Shown here: positions 32,390 to 44,787 of the stretch, piece by piece
Numbering within the stretch: the stretch's first letter is position 1
How the letters are laid out: each line of letters opens with the position of its first letter
Origin: Diplonema japonicum
Lineage: Eukaryota > Protista > Euglenozoa: Diplonemea
DNA length: 64,000 nucleotides
NCBI GenBank assembly: GCA_964019335.1
Contig: OZ025726.1
Coordinates: 62,001-126,000 of the forward strand
Direction of reading: 5' to 3'
Made by a program: the position numbers and the translations under genes
Notes under the pieces: model-generated
The model's input: only the letters and a program-made list of their open reading frames with translations
Database searches by the model: none
Told to the model about the DNA's origin: nothing

Positions 32390-32613
32390 CTCCATACTTT
32401 CCAAGTTTCTCCAGCCCCCCTTCCCCGCTCAGGATTAAGACAGGTTGGTGTGCTTCAGAGTTGCTCGTTCTTTTTTTTTTTTTTTTTTTTTGAAAAAAAA
32501 GGGAAATACCTCCACATTTTTGTATCTGCAAGCTCCGGGTAATTATAAGGTTTGTGCATGACATTCAACCATCCTGCGCTCGAAGGGCACAGGGCCGAGA
32601 GGGTACGACGCAT
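31498..32613 (-). CDS. Probably mitochondrial alpha/beta-hydrolase-fold protein (4 exons)
   Basis: MRRTLSAL presequence, GHSVG nucleophile elbow, GSLVIID and a late His (GSHDEL). Introns 32470-32509 (40 nt), 32341-32397 (57) and 31695-31747 (53), all poly-A-rich. Confidence 0.8.
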
Positions 32614-33227
32614 TTTTTTTTTTTTTTTTTTTTTTTTTCCCTTCCCCTTCTTACCCCTCTCTGTAGCAGGCCGTGTTAAAAATACAGAACGGAAAGTTTT
32701 TTTAAAATAAATAAACGAATGGAAAGGTTTGAAACACTTTTTTTTTTTTTTTTAAGAAGTGAATATCGTCGACAGAAATTGTCCGTTGGGACGATGATTC
32801 CCCCTTTGTGTTTGCTTTTTTTTTATTGCTATTATTATTTTACTGTAAAACGAGGGGGGGGGGGGGGGGGGGGGAATTACCGGAAGGAAAATCATCTAGG
32901 GCTTTCGGACATTTTTTCCTTCCGGTGATTTTCCCATAGATCCGATAGGCAAGCTACGTTACGTCCACTGGTGCGCTTGGCATGCGACTCAGCAAGCCTT
33001 TGCTGAGTCAGAGGAAACAAACGGAAAATGGAGACCGTAGGTGTGGTGCTGTGGCCCTTGTAGCCATCATCTCGATGACTCAATAAGGTCGTAGCAAAAG
33101 AGGAGAAACAAATCTTCTATGCACATCCCGATAGACGCTTTAAGGATCAAGGAAAATGAAAAAGAAAATGAAAGCATAATAACCTTAAAGGTTCTTGGGA
33201 GGTCTACAGCCCTTGAGGGAAGCAAGG

Positions 33228-33261
<34 letters not shown>

Positions 33262-33323
33262 AAAATCATCCGGTCGGTCGGAGGCTTCCGGTGATTTTCG
33301 TTTTACAGTTATTTTTATTTTTT

Positions 33324-33840
33324 TTTTATTTCACTCTTCGTCATTTTCTTCACTCACTAGGGGCCTCATTATTTAACGCGAAATGGCCATTATTTAACTA
33401 GTTAAATAATGGCCCTTCAGAGTGGAAAAATGAGTCTCGCCGTGGAAAAAAAATGCACCCAACCCCTTGAAAAATCTTTTTGAGGTGGGGGTATTTTGAC
33501 TATTCTTGGCCTCTGAGGCCATTCCAGCCCTTAAAAGTGGGAATAAGTGCCTTACTTCCCCTTTAAATGCCACGGCGAAATAGCTACCTGTATTACCTTA
33601 GGAAAATCCCCAAAAAGCTGACCTGCGTGAAAAAAAAAACAGCAGTGAAAGCAGCGAAGAGTGAGTGACTCAACTGACGAAAAGTGAAATAAAACGACTT
33701 ACTTGCCGCCAAATGAGCCATTATTTAACACTTGTTACCGTTTTTTTGCACGAGGGCCCTGCGGGCCCTCGTGCAAAAAATTCGGGAGCTCGAGTTAAAT
33801 AATGACTCATTATTTGTTGGCAATAAATAGCTATTTTTTT
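33324..33840. mobile_element. Non-autonomous interspersed element, copy 1 (Helentron/HINE- or MITE-like)
   Basis: Homologous to 47127-47604. 34-bp imperfect inverted repeats (33324-33357 / 33661-33694), a perfect 30-bp palindrome (33385-33414), an 18-bp-stem hairpin (33742-33780) and T-rich ends. Confidence 0.65.
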
Positions 33841-34339
33841 TTTTTATTTCGCAATAGCTTACCTCATGGCCCCTTCGTTTCGCTTCGAAGAAAAAAAAAA
33901 AAAGAAACAAATAACGCTTATTGTTTGTTTTACCCCCCCCCCCCCCAACATACACAAAGATCAACACCTTAAGGTTTTTAGGTGTTAAAAAAAAACTGAA
34001 TATTTCAAGGAGCAGTATTAGCACGTAGTAATGAAAAAAAAAAAAAAAAGAGAGAGAGAAAAAACACAAAACAAAACAAAAAAAAGTAATAATACTGTGT
34101 TGTCCACAAACGAAGAATTGTGGCGATGTTAGAAACGAAGGGAAGGTAATATACGGGGGATGGATGCATTGCTTTCTCTTGTAAAAAAAAAGTGCTTGAG
34201 GGGAATCTGCACTATGTGATAGGCTCGCCTCGCCTAACGAACGAGCCTCCCAAAAAAAAAAAAAAAAAAAAAGAAGAATTATAACAACCATAATCTTTTT
34301 TTTTTTCCCCCCCGGTCCGAAAAAAATGAATACCCCTAC

Positions 34340-34373
<34 letters not shown>

Positions 34374-35504
34374 AGAAGAAGAAAAAAAATGTAATGTACC
34401 TCAGGCTTCTTTGGGAATTTCCGAAATTAGGCTCAGAAGCTTCCACCCACGGGACAGTTAAAAAGCACGTACAAATGAGGGGGATTATACAAAAAAAAAG
34501 GAGGGGCCCAACAAAGCTAGGTATCACAGCTGCGTGCAGGACACAGACACGATTCTAAGTTGGGGGGGGGGGGGGGGGGTTTAAACCCATTCGGTGGCAC
34601 ATTAGTGGGCCAAGTGGCTTGCTAAAAAAAAAAAAGCTTTGAATATGTATGTTGAGGGAGGCATGCGTCACAAGGGCAGCGGTGCGCCAGACCTAGTGGA
34701 ATTACCTCCAGCTGTTCGTATAGGACACGGGGCTCTCTGTAACAGGGTCCCCCCTGTCCAGGTCTCCCCATGTGTCCCGCTTCGTGTCTTCCTCCAAACT
34801 ATAATTACTAGGAATGGAGGGGGTATTGTACTTTGCTAAGTATTGGTTATTAAAGGTTAAAACAGTTTTGAGGTTAAGTACTAGGGTTTACTAGACCTTA
34901 GTATTCTTAGAATCACCTTTTTTTTTTTTTTTTTTTTTTTGTTGTTTGTTGTTGCTTTCCTTTGTTACCCATTCGTGTGAGAGGGCAGAATTTCTCCTCT
35001 CCACTTCGGCTCGTTTTTGAAGAATTGTACAATAAATAAAAAAAAAAAAGAAGTAGCGCAAGTTTTGACAAGTTGGTTTTCCTTGCTTTTTCAGCAATTC
35101 TACTTGTGCAGAAAAAAAAAAGAAAAAAAAATGAGAGCCCTGCCCCCAGCTCTGACCTATGGCCTACCGACACAATATAAAAATAAAAAGAAGAGCAATA
35201 ACGAGTTTTCATATTTTACTCGGGGGACTCTAATGTGACGATAGTTTTTTAAACCTTTTGTGGGAAGGAGCACAAAGCCCACCCTCCCTCAATAGTTGCA
35301 TATGCATATCATAAGTGGAGGAACTTACCTCACCTACGATTGCTTCTTTGGTACCATGTAAGAAAAAAAAAGGGGGGGAGAGGGAAAAAAAAGAGGAAAA
35401 AAAAAAAAACACACAGATGTTTTTGAAAAAAGTTCAAAATTTCTTGCAAGTTACATTTATTTTCTTTTTTTACCCCCCTTCGAGTCGAATTTGAAAAAAA
35501 AAAA

Positions 35505-36512
35505 TTATTTTTTTTCACCCCCCACCTCGAGGCTTCCCCCGGATTCATTCCTAACGGAAGGGCGGCTCTCCCACGACATGATCTTCCCGATTGCCGCTCT
35601 GCACTCCTCGTCGCGAGCGATAACTTTTTTAAAAGAAGCGTGCCCTTGCGATTGCAACACCTCCGCCTTGCCAATCAGCGTCATTGTCTCATTCTGTAAA
35701 CTCATCTTTTGCACGTCAGAAAGCGTCTCAAAAACAGCAATCTGTTTCTGCAAGTGCCGCGGGAACAAAAGGCAGCCTTCCTTAACCTCATACCCCGTGT
35801 GGACACCCCATATCTTAAGAAGTGCATATGGTTCAGCGGGGCATGCTATGGATGTATTCCATGCTTTACAAGTTTGCATGGGGTGCAACAATGCTTTAGG
35901 CTGGGTTCCGATCGGTGCGTAGAAGACTTGATCGTCTCGATCTTCGGGCTTGCTCAGAAAAATGTCGAATTTTAAAGGAAGGTGAAGATGCTTACATTGG
36001 ATGAAGGTGTCTTTCCTGTTACGGCAAGTTCCGGTTCCCGCTTGGCTTCGTTTCCCTGTAAGTTTGTGAGGGCGGAGTACATTTTTCGCCACGAAAATAT
36101 CGATCAACCATTGTCGCGACTCCGCAGAAAATTGAACGGTGTCGTCCTCCACACCCACCGCAAGGTCTATATCATATTCTTGATCGTGTTCTTCATAATC
36201 ACTGAACCTTCCATGGCGGAGGAGGTGGATTAATGTACCCCCCACAGGCCATGCTGTTACATTTCCATGTTCTTTTAAAGTTTCTATCACTTCCAATACA
36301 CCTCGTTCCAGGGTTGACATTGGCCGTTCGTTCAATACGGGTTTTTGGGTCACATTCGTGGTTTGCCGGGGTTCTCTGGCGGGGACCCATGTGGGTACCA
36401 CCACTGGGTCTTCCCGTCCGGTAATGTCCATGGGAATGAGCAGGCACACCAACCACACGGTGCACGCCATGATGGCTATCATTGAAAACCGTTGGAATAT
36501 TGTGTCTGTCAT
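35505..36512 (-). CDS. LicD/fukutin-family nucleotidyl/phosphotransferase, type II membrane protein
   Basis: N-terminal transmembrane segment, then WPVGGTLIHLLRHG...EYDIDLAV and KFDIF motifs typical of the LicD family. Confidence 0.75.
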   Translation of the reverse strand: MTDTIFQRFSMIAIMACTVWLVCLLIPMDITGREDPVVVPTWVPAREPRQTTNVTQKPVLNERPMSTLERGVLEVIETLKEHGNVTAWPVGGTLIHLLRHGRFSDYEEHDQEYDIDLAVGVEDDTVQFSAESRQWLIDIFVAKNVLRPHKLTGKRSQAGTGTCRNRKDTFIQCKHLHLPLKFDIFLSKPEDRDDQVFYAPIGTQPKALLHPMQTCKAWNTSIACPAEPYALLKIWGVHTGYEVKEGCLLFPRHLQKQIAVFETLSDVQKMSLQNETMTLIGKAEVLQSQGHASFKKVIARDEECRAAIGKIMSWESRPSVRNESGGSLEVGGEKK

Positions 36513-37686
36513 TTTTTTTTTTTTTTAAATATTTTTTTTTTGCCCTTTTTTTTTTTTTTTAAAGAATAGTTTGAAGGGAAAAAAAAAAGGGGGAGAACAG
36601 AAAAATAAAGATTTTCTTTTCTTTCTTTTGTTACAGCATCTTGAGAGGGGGATGGAATGGGGTGGGGGGGGGGGGGGGGGGGTGGAACACTGAAACGTAA
36701 TCTGTCAACAGCCGTGAGACCTTTTTTTTTTTTTCCATTCAAAAAAAAAAAAAAACTGCTCCCTTTTAATATAACCCCCTCCCCCCCCGCCCCCTACCCC
36801 TATGCAACAGGACCAGGGAATTTATTTATTTTTTTTTTGGGGGAAAAATCTTTTTTTCTTTTATTTACTGTCGACACAAAGAAAAGTGTTGAATCGGAAA
36901 AGAGGGAGAAAAAAAAAAGAGGGGCGGAACAACAGAATGAGAAATACTTTCTCCTCTCTTCTTCCTTTTTTTTTTTTTAAAAAAAAAAGTTTTCTTCCAT
37001 CAGTTTGTAAGAGAAAGGATGATTTCTCATGAGGTTCACTTTTTTATCCTTTTTTTTTTTTTTTAAATACTGTTTCGAACCCACTGTCTTGACTACGTCC
37101 CTTTTTAACACCATCAGAAAAATGGGGGCTTCATAAGATGTAAGAAAAAAAAAAGAACAAAAAAAAGAAAACAAACCTTCCGTGTAAAAAGAAAAAAAAG
37201 TAAAATAAGAAAAAAAATTGCAGAATTCAAAGGAAATTATCCCCCCCCCCCACAAAGAGGCTCCACTGACTTAAAAGCGCAGCCAAGAAAAAAAAGAGTC
37301 AAGTTTGTAAGAGGGTAAGGTAAGGTAAGGAAGGTTTGTTTTTTTTTTTTCTTCTCTTTTCTCTTCTTTTTTTTTTTTCATTAAAGAATGTTTTATTTTT
37401 TATTGTATTTTTTTTCTTCTTTTTTTGTGTTTTCGCATTTGGGAAATCTTTTTCTTCGAATCTTTTTCGTACATATTCTACTTTTGCATGCCTAATCTTT
37501 TTCCCCCTCTTTTTTTTTTTTTTTTTTTTTTTTGCTCCCTTCTTTTTATCCTAGAAGAAAGAAGACTATTTGCGCTTCTTTTGTTTATTGTTTTAGATTA
37601 TTTTTTTCTCTTCTTCTTTCTTTTCTTCTTTCGAGATTTTTTAGGAATAAAAAAAAAAATGTAGGGAAAAAAAGAGAGAGAGAGAG

Positions 37687-37725
<39 letters not shown>

Positions 37726-38417
37726 ACATTTAAGGGTACCTGCGGTATGTGGCAGGACGCCTGGAAAAAAAAAAGCCACCCTTCGTAAGAAACACAAAAA
37801 AGCACGCATGTTTCTCCCTTATGCCATCATTTCATTTCGTTTTTTTTTCTTCTTTTTTTTCCTTTTTTTGATTTCCCTCTTCTTCTCTTTGCCCCCTTTG
37901 CCAGGACCTCGGGTTTGCGGAAGATAGAGGGGGCACAGAAAATAGGGGGAGAAACCAAGAAAAGGAGGCCCTTTGACCCATCAAGGATAAGTGGAGAAAG
38001 GGGGTGAAGAGAGGTAGTGCTGTATATTTAATTCAGGAAGAAACAAATGAGGGGGGAAGGAGAAAGAGTAGGGGGATACCGGTAGGAAAGGACATTTAGA
38101 AGGGGAGGGGGGTAAAAAGAAAACAGAAAACTGAGAAACCCCATTGTTTTCAATTTACCCCCCCCCCCCACACCACAACACCAAAAGACCCTCCTACACA
38201 GTAAGTATGTTCTTTTGAAGGCATTTTTTTTTTCTTTCTAAAAAAAAAAAAAAAAAGGAGTTTCCTCTCCTTCACCCCCCCAATTTATTCTCTTTTTTTT
38301 TTTAAAAAAGAAACTTTCTTTTTTTATATTTCTACCTTCTTCTTCTTCTTTTCCCCTCGCCTCTATTTTTTTTTTTTTTTTTTTCTTTTCTTTTTAGATG
38401 AAATCGTGTTTTTGTAT

Positions 38418-39818
38418 CTAAAGCACCGGGATGGCTGGTGACGTGAGGTCAATAGGGTCGCCTTTTTCTCCTGTAGGAGGCTGGCAATTATTAAGAACCA
38501 CTTTACACCCAAAGTTGCAGGACTGCTGGAAGGAAACTAATTGCTGTTTCGTGGGATCTCCGGTGTAGTGGAAGGTAATCTTCCGCCTATCGTACTGAAT
38601 TTCGCACTTATGCACTGTAAGGGGTGACTGCATCATCTGGGCGTTCTGGACTGCTATCTGAAGAGCCTTTTCTTCGTCTGATATAAGCGCCTTCCAGGTC
38701 TCGACCTCTGTGGACTGTGCCACACGCTGCACGCGGTATCGATCGTCCTTCCTGCCGCCAAGCCGTGCACCTGCCACCAGGCCAAGGTCCACGCCTTCCC
38801 TTGATTCGACTAGCACGTGTGCACCTAGAGGGACTCGCTCGTTGCTGGCGTACTCAGCCCGCCTTCCGTGTTTGAACAGGACGAACAATCGGACCAAGGC
38901 ATCGTTCTGTCGCCCGTTCCCCTTTGTAGGGACCTTGGGTCCTTTCTTCCCGCCCTTCCCTCCCTGAGGCGGTCCTGACGGTGGTGCGCTTGCTGGTGTT
39001 ATCATCGTTGTTTCTGTCCGTGTAGCGTCCTCCTTTGGGCAGTGCTTCACCTCTAGCTGGAACACCTTCCGCCCTGCTTCTCTGATCTCCGACACCACGC
39101 GTCGCAGGTCATCGCCTGTGTTCACCGGCTGGCCGTCGAGCGTTTGGATCACACCGCACACGACGCCTGCCCGTCCGCAGGGCGACCCAGCGAGCACGTT
39201 GCTGATCCGCACTGTGCCGTCCGCTAGCACTTCGAACGACAGCCCCAAGGACTCCCCCACGTGCCCGAGCTGGATGTCAAAGACCATAGGGCCGTCCGCT
39301 TTAATGTTATGCGCCACACCTGCAGTCTCTGCCAACCACGCTAGACGTGCTTCCAGACCTTTCCGTCGTGCCTGTGGTGTGGTGTGGTGTGGTGTGGTGT
39401 GACGTGTTGATGCATACCATAGGGAGGGTGCACCCCCCTATCCCGTCGTTAAGTTTGCCCTCAAACCTATCGTAGTCGAGAGACTTCAAGTGCCCCATGA
39501 CCTGTGGCGGGTGCTGGGTTTAGGGTTGACATACATTTTGGTTCACAGACAGTTCAATCACACCACCCATGTCGGAGAAGCGAACAAAGTCGCCGTCAGT
39601 GTCAGTGAACTCCACAAAGCCGCCCTGCAGGTGGTGTGGTGGCTGGTGGTATGCATACCTTTGTTGCCGGTTTGGAGCTGGACCCTCGCGTTCGCTGCTC
39701 AGCTGCTTTGTGAATAGGAGCAGCAAGCTGCTGCTGCTGCTGAGGAGGAGGCTGTTGCTGTTGCTGTAGTTGTTGCAGCTGCTGCGGGTATTGCTGATAC
39801 GCTTGCTGTTGCATCTGA

Positions 39819-39849
<31 letters not shown>

Positions 39850-41803
39850 GGTGCATGTGTTGGTGTTCATGATGGTGGTAATGGTGGTGCTGGTGCTGGT
39901 GTTGCATTTGCTGCTGTTGCATCACCCACTGGGCCTGCGCAGTCATCTGCGACTGAGGAGGAGGCGTGGGCGCAGCGGCAGCGATGGTAGTAAACTCAGA
40001 CGTCCTGCGGCAAAAAATCATTTCCACACACAAAAAAAAAAAAAAACATACGTGTTACTCTTTGCATCGCTGTTGGGGTCAATATAGTGCCCGGTGGAGT
40101 CGGAGAGAAGCATGGGAGGCGCATCGGAAGTGGGCAAGGAGCTTCCGATGGACGTGTGCTTAAGCTGTATTTATGCTGAGATACGAAGGACATACCATCA
40201 CAGTAGGAGAGGGCGGTGGCTGGTTCACACTATTGGAGGGTGTGTACTGGCCGTGAGGCTGATGCGACAAAGAAGACCGTCTAGATAGCGATCCCTCTGA
40301 ATCATAGGTCTGCATAAGTGGCGGGATGCCAGAGGTGGACTCCGAAGAGGACGCCAGCGGCGGGGAGGAAATGTCATAAGCATCCGGAAGAGCCTCCATC
40401 CCGTTCTGTATAAAGGTAGCGAATGGTATAGAAGACGAAGAGTACTGCTGGTACGCGTGCACCGAGCTAGAGCTTCCTGGCGACCTGGGCTGTTGAGATG
40501 ATGTTGTCGAATACGCATAGGAAGAGAATGAAGAGGATGTCGAGCCTACGACTTCGATCTCACCATCACTCTCGCATTTATAAGGGTCGTGACGGTAGGA
40601 TGATCCTCTTGACTTGCTGCTGCTGGATTCGACTTCTTTTTCGATCTCCTTATGCGCCACCATAGGTTTCGCCAGCTGCGGGGTTGTTAGCGGTTCATAC
40701 ATGAACGTAAGACACTTGACTGCCCCCGGAACGGGGTCCACCCCGAGCACATCGTTCTTGACCATGAGACAGATACCACCATTGCTCACCATACTCTGCA
40801 CCACGTCCAGTACATCGGCGTACGATTCTGATGTTCCGTAATGCGCGGAAACGATGTACGCCACGGAGCCCTCGGGTAGGGACAGCATCTCGTTATCCGT
40901 GATGATGAGCGTTGCCGTTCTTGGAGCGATTATGTACTTTGCATCCGTTCGCTTTTTGTTCGGAACAGGGAGCCCCGACGTGTCGGTGCGGGCGTACGCA
41001 GCAAGAAGCCCAATGTGGCGCAGCGTTTCCTTCAAAGCAACACCGTTCTCTTCTGTTACAGCACATGACACACCGGTATCGCTTGCCTCAAGGACACCGT
41101 TGGTGTACATAAGGCGGCTTACAGACGGGAGAATCAGATTGTTGTCCTCCCACCATTCCAGCTGAACGGTATCGGTGAGGACGAGTTTGATGGTCTTCCC
41201 CTCTGAGATGAAAGAGGCAGGTTTGAGCTTCTTGATGTTCCGCTTGATGGCTTGTGCTGCAGACAGTCCACCTTGTGTTTTGGACGATTGGTTCAGATGT
41301 TTTATTTTGGTGTGTGTGTCAATATAGCCAACAGGGGGGGCGAAGTTTGCAAAGCTTAGAAGCCGTTCGGCGTCTTTGTGCAGGTGGCCGACTTCGAGTA
41401 CCCCGCCACTGCATCTCAATAGTTCTTTGAGGACTTTTACAAATTCCAGTGGTTCCCTTGGTATGTCCAGGACCAGATCAAGTTCTGTTGGTATATGAAG
41501 CAGCAAGTGGGTCTCATATTCTTTCACCAAGCCCATTTTCTTGCTCACCTCGATTTCTTGTGTTGTGACCTTTGCGATGGCCTTGTACGCAATGACTCTG
41601 ATCACACTCCCGTTCGGATCGCATACAAATAGCTTGTCAGGTGTTGCCACTACAGCCCGTTTCACATATTTCTGACTCTTCGTCAGTTCAGTTACTACCT
41701 TGCAGTAGTAGACGTCCTGCGCGGTGCACCATTTCAAGGTGGGGGGAGGGGACACACATTTAATGCTCAGCCCTTGGGGCGCTTGCGGAGCGGGCCCAGA
41801 CAT
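38418..41803 (-). CDS. Multidomain protein: PH/myosin-TH1-like, DUF3395-like, polyQ/H, PDZ-like and PSP1 C-terminal domains (6 exons)
   Basis: Introns 40159-40195 (an alternative in-frame acceptor lies 6 nt away), 40005-40051, 39625-39658, 39502-39534 and 39372-39417 join ORFs 40160..41803, 39602..40033, 39520..39870, 39307..39498 and 38418..39335 in one frame. PSP1 motifs FKHGRR..VLVESREGVDLG..EIQYDRRKITFHY; PDZ motifs SLGLSF..ISNVLAGSPCGRAG. Confidence 0.8.
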
Positions 41804-42191
41804 ACCCCCCCTGTGAGGTGTTTGGTGATACGATGGTAGGGGGATGGGAGGGAAGAAGAAAAGAAAAAATAAAAAATTCTAAAATAAAAAAATAATTGAA
41901 TCCGGGGGGGGGGGGGGGGATAGAGAACAAAAAAAAGAGGGCGAAAAATAAACTCAAAGTGCAGGACAAACCCCCTCAAGGAGGGCCGCCCTTGAAATAA
42001 ATAATTAACACATCACGGGAAGAAAAAAAAAAAAAGTAGGGGGCAGAAAAAAAACGAACAAAAAAAAAACATAAAATATAAAAAAAAAAGGATGAATGAA
42101 TAAAAAAAAAACATTTTGGAGAAAAGTAGTTTTTTTTCTTTTCTTTTTTTTTTTTTACTTCTTCTCGTGTTTGAAAACCACACTCTTTTTG

Positions 42192-42222
<31 letters not shown>

Positions 42223-42297
42223 TTTACACAACTACCAATCGAAATGGGGCCAACCCATCAAGGAGCCCTAACCCTTCACCCCCCCTTTTTTATTTCC

Positions 42298-42746
42298 TCA
42301 CCGCCTTTTCACCAATCTTACGGCACCAACAACAGATGAAGTGAGCACTGTGGTCAGCAGCAACAACTTTCCTACCCTGCAGCACAGCCGAGAGTTTTCT
42401 GTGTCGTGTATTTTTTTTTTTTTTCATTTCCCCCCCTCTAAACCAAACCTCTACCAATGTGCTCCTCAGGGTAACGGCACAGCATGCTTAGACTAAGAGG
42501 CAAATCATCTATATCATTAATCTATTAGAACAATTTATGTTTTTTTTTTTTTTTTTTTAAATCCCGCGTGTACCTGTTTAAGCGAAGCAGAAGGAGGCGT
42601 GCAGGAGATCAACGCAGGTGGCCAGCAAAGACCCGCTTTCTGAGCAAACTCATGTGGCTGCACCGTGTATTCCTGGTCTTGGAGATTGTGCAGGTCATCA
42701 CCAATAAGGTCCATCTTGGTCATCACCAAAAGCATCTGTTCAGGTA

Positions 42747-42785
<39 letters not shown>

Positions 42786-44338
42786 ATACAGGGATCTTAA
42801 GCTTCACCAGAGTCGGGTACTTTTCAGCGATGTAGCTGAAGCTGTAAACATCGTCCCCGTCGTAACAAAGGAGGATGGCGTCAATGTGCGACATGAAGGA
42901 AGGGGAGTTGAGGAGCGTGGGCACGCTGCGGTCGGGTATCTCGTGAAGCTGATTTTTTTTTTTTTTTTTTTTTGGATTTGATAAAACATACCACAAGGTC
43001 GAAGATCTCATTGTCGTCGCCGCTCTTCTGTGGGACAAGCGTGATGGAGTGGCTTTCCGTCGCAACGTGCTGATCCGCGCTTGTCGCGTAGAGCTCGTGG
43101 TTGACCAGTCTCTTCCTCACCGCCGTTTTCCCGCACTTCGGCGATCCCAATATCAAACACTGCAGTATGTTGGGCAGCTCCGTCTCCTTTTTCCTGAACT
43201 CCCTCTTCTTCTTTTTTACGAACAGCATGTTGGGATCCTCGTCCTTCTGAAGCCCCCACACCCTTGCAAACACAATGAGATGCTGGTACTTCCTAACTGT
43301 GATGAACTTCCACGACGAGATGAACGAGTCGATGGTGTACTCGGCAGGGTTTTCTCTGCTCCCGGGCAAACCTGGTACGTCTGCCCAAGGGGGCTCGCCA
43401 GCGGACGTCCATTGCGTGGCGGGAGTGAACTGCCACATCTTACTAGGACAGGAAAATTTTTCAGTGTAGACTTCCTTCAGGAACTCCACACCGTTGTATG
43501 ACAGCTGCAACATGTCTGTTTTTTGATCCGCAAGCTTCACAGAATCAAAATCTGCTGTGCACCATGCGAGACCAGACTTGTGAATACCGCTGGCAGAAAG
43601 TGCGTTCCACAACCCGCGTGTGCGTTTCCAGTAGTCGGGGTGGTCTGTGTCAGTGAGCCAGTCTTCTACCAAGGCTAGGATAGCGTAACTCGTGAGGTTG
43701 TTGTTGGAGGTGAAGTTATCGATGGAGAGGTCGGCTTGCTGTTCTTTTATAAACGCTTTTGTTGTTTCGACCTCTCGTGATATGTCGCAGACCCCGTCCA
43801 TGACCGCGCTGAGGAAGGAGTGCAGTTCTGCGTCGTTCAGGGTGTCGTCGACATCCCTGTCGTGATACCAGAACAAGCGATGGATGGCCCTCCACCCCAC
43901 TGCAGTGAACGTTGATTCTGGTCGGTTCCACAAAACATGTGAAGGAGCTTCGCTCACATGGTACAAAGACCATAGAAGTGCGTCGAGATGTTCGTCTAGA
44001 GAGAAGCCTCCGAGGTAGAATCGGCTCTCGCTGAACTCCTCGTCTGCCTCGTCCAGATCTATCTGCCCCACAATGGCGAAGGGGGGTTGTTTCTTCATCT
44101 CTGAAAGTTGTTGCTTCAGTTCTTCTAGTTCGTCTTCCTTCCCCGTTAAACAGTACAGCACCGCCTCCACGCCCTTCTGCCCTTTGCACAACAGTATTTC
44201 GCTCGGTCCCGCTTCCTCGACCACATTGATCTCCCCCCGCACCCCGTTTTTCTCGTTCACCACATTTGTGAGCCCCTCGCTCAGCTCGTCTAGCACCTCC
44301 TTCACGGCATCCTTGTCACCTACGATGCCCACGCGCAT
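42298..44338 (-). CDS. MIRO: Mitochondrial Rho GTPase (Miro/Gem1)-like protein (5 exons)
   Basis: EF-hand DRDVDDTLNDAEL, second GTPase domain GSPKCGKT..DAILLCYD..SFSY..TKMDL, and a C-terminal tail anchor (LLLLTTVLTSSVVGAVRLVKRR*). Introns 42949-42991, 42736-42789, 42522-42573 and 42399-42454. Confidence 0.8.
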
Positions 44339-44506
44339 CCTTGATAGCCTGGGGAAGTATGTATAAATCCTTCATTGGAAAAAAAAGGGGGGGGGGAAAA
44401 CTAAAAACAAAATAGTAAGGAATAATAATAATAACAAAAAGAAAAAAAAAAAAAAAAAACATCATCCAGTGGATTTCCAGCATCTAGATTGGAGTGAGGT
44501 TTGGGC

Positions 44507-44565
44507 TTAGTACGCGCGCTGTTTTGTCACACTCGCAACAACCTGTACGTGTATTTTATTCCCCC

Positions 44566-44614
<49 letters not shown>

Positions 44615-44746
44615 TGTTTAGCTTCCACGACAGGTACGCCACGGTTTGCAAGAGGCGTAGCAGTGAAGGAAGTGCCTTGGAAGGTTGTACAGGCGAGGAG
44701 GTTGTTTCGGGCGCCCATCACCTGTGGGGAATGGGGTTAAAGGTCA

Positions 44747-44787
<41 letters not shown>

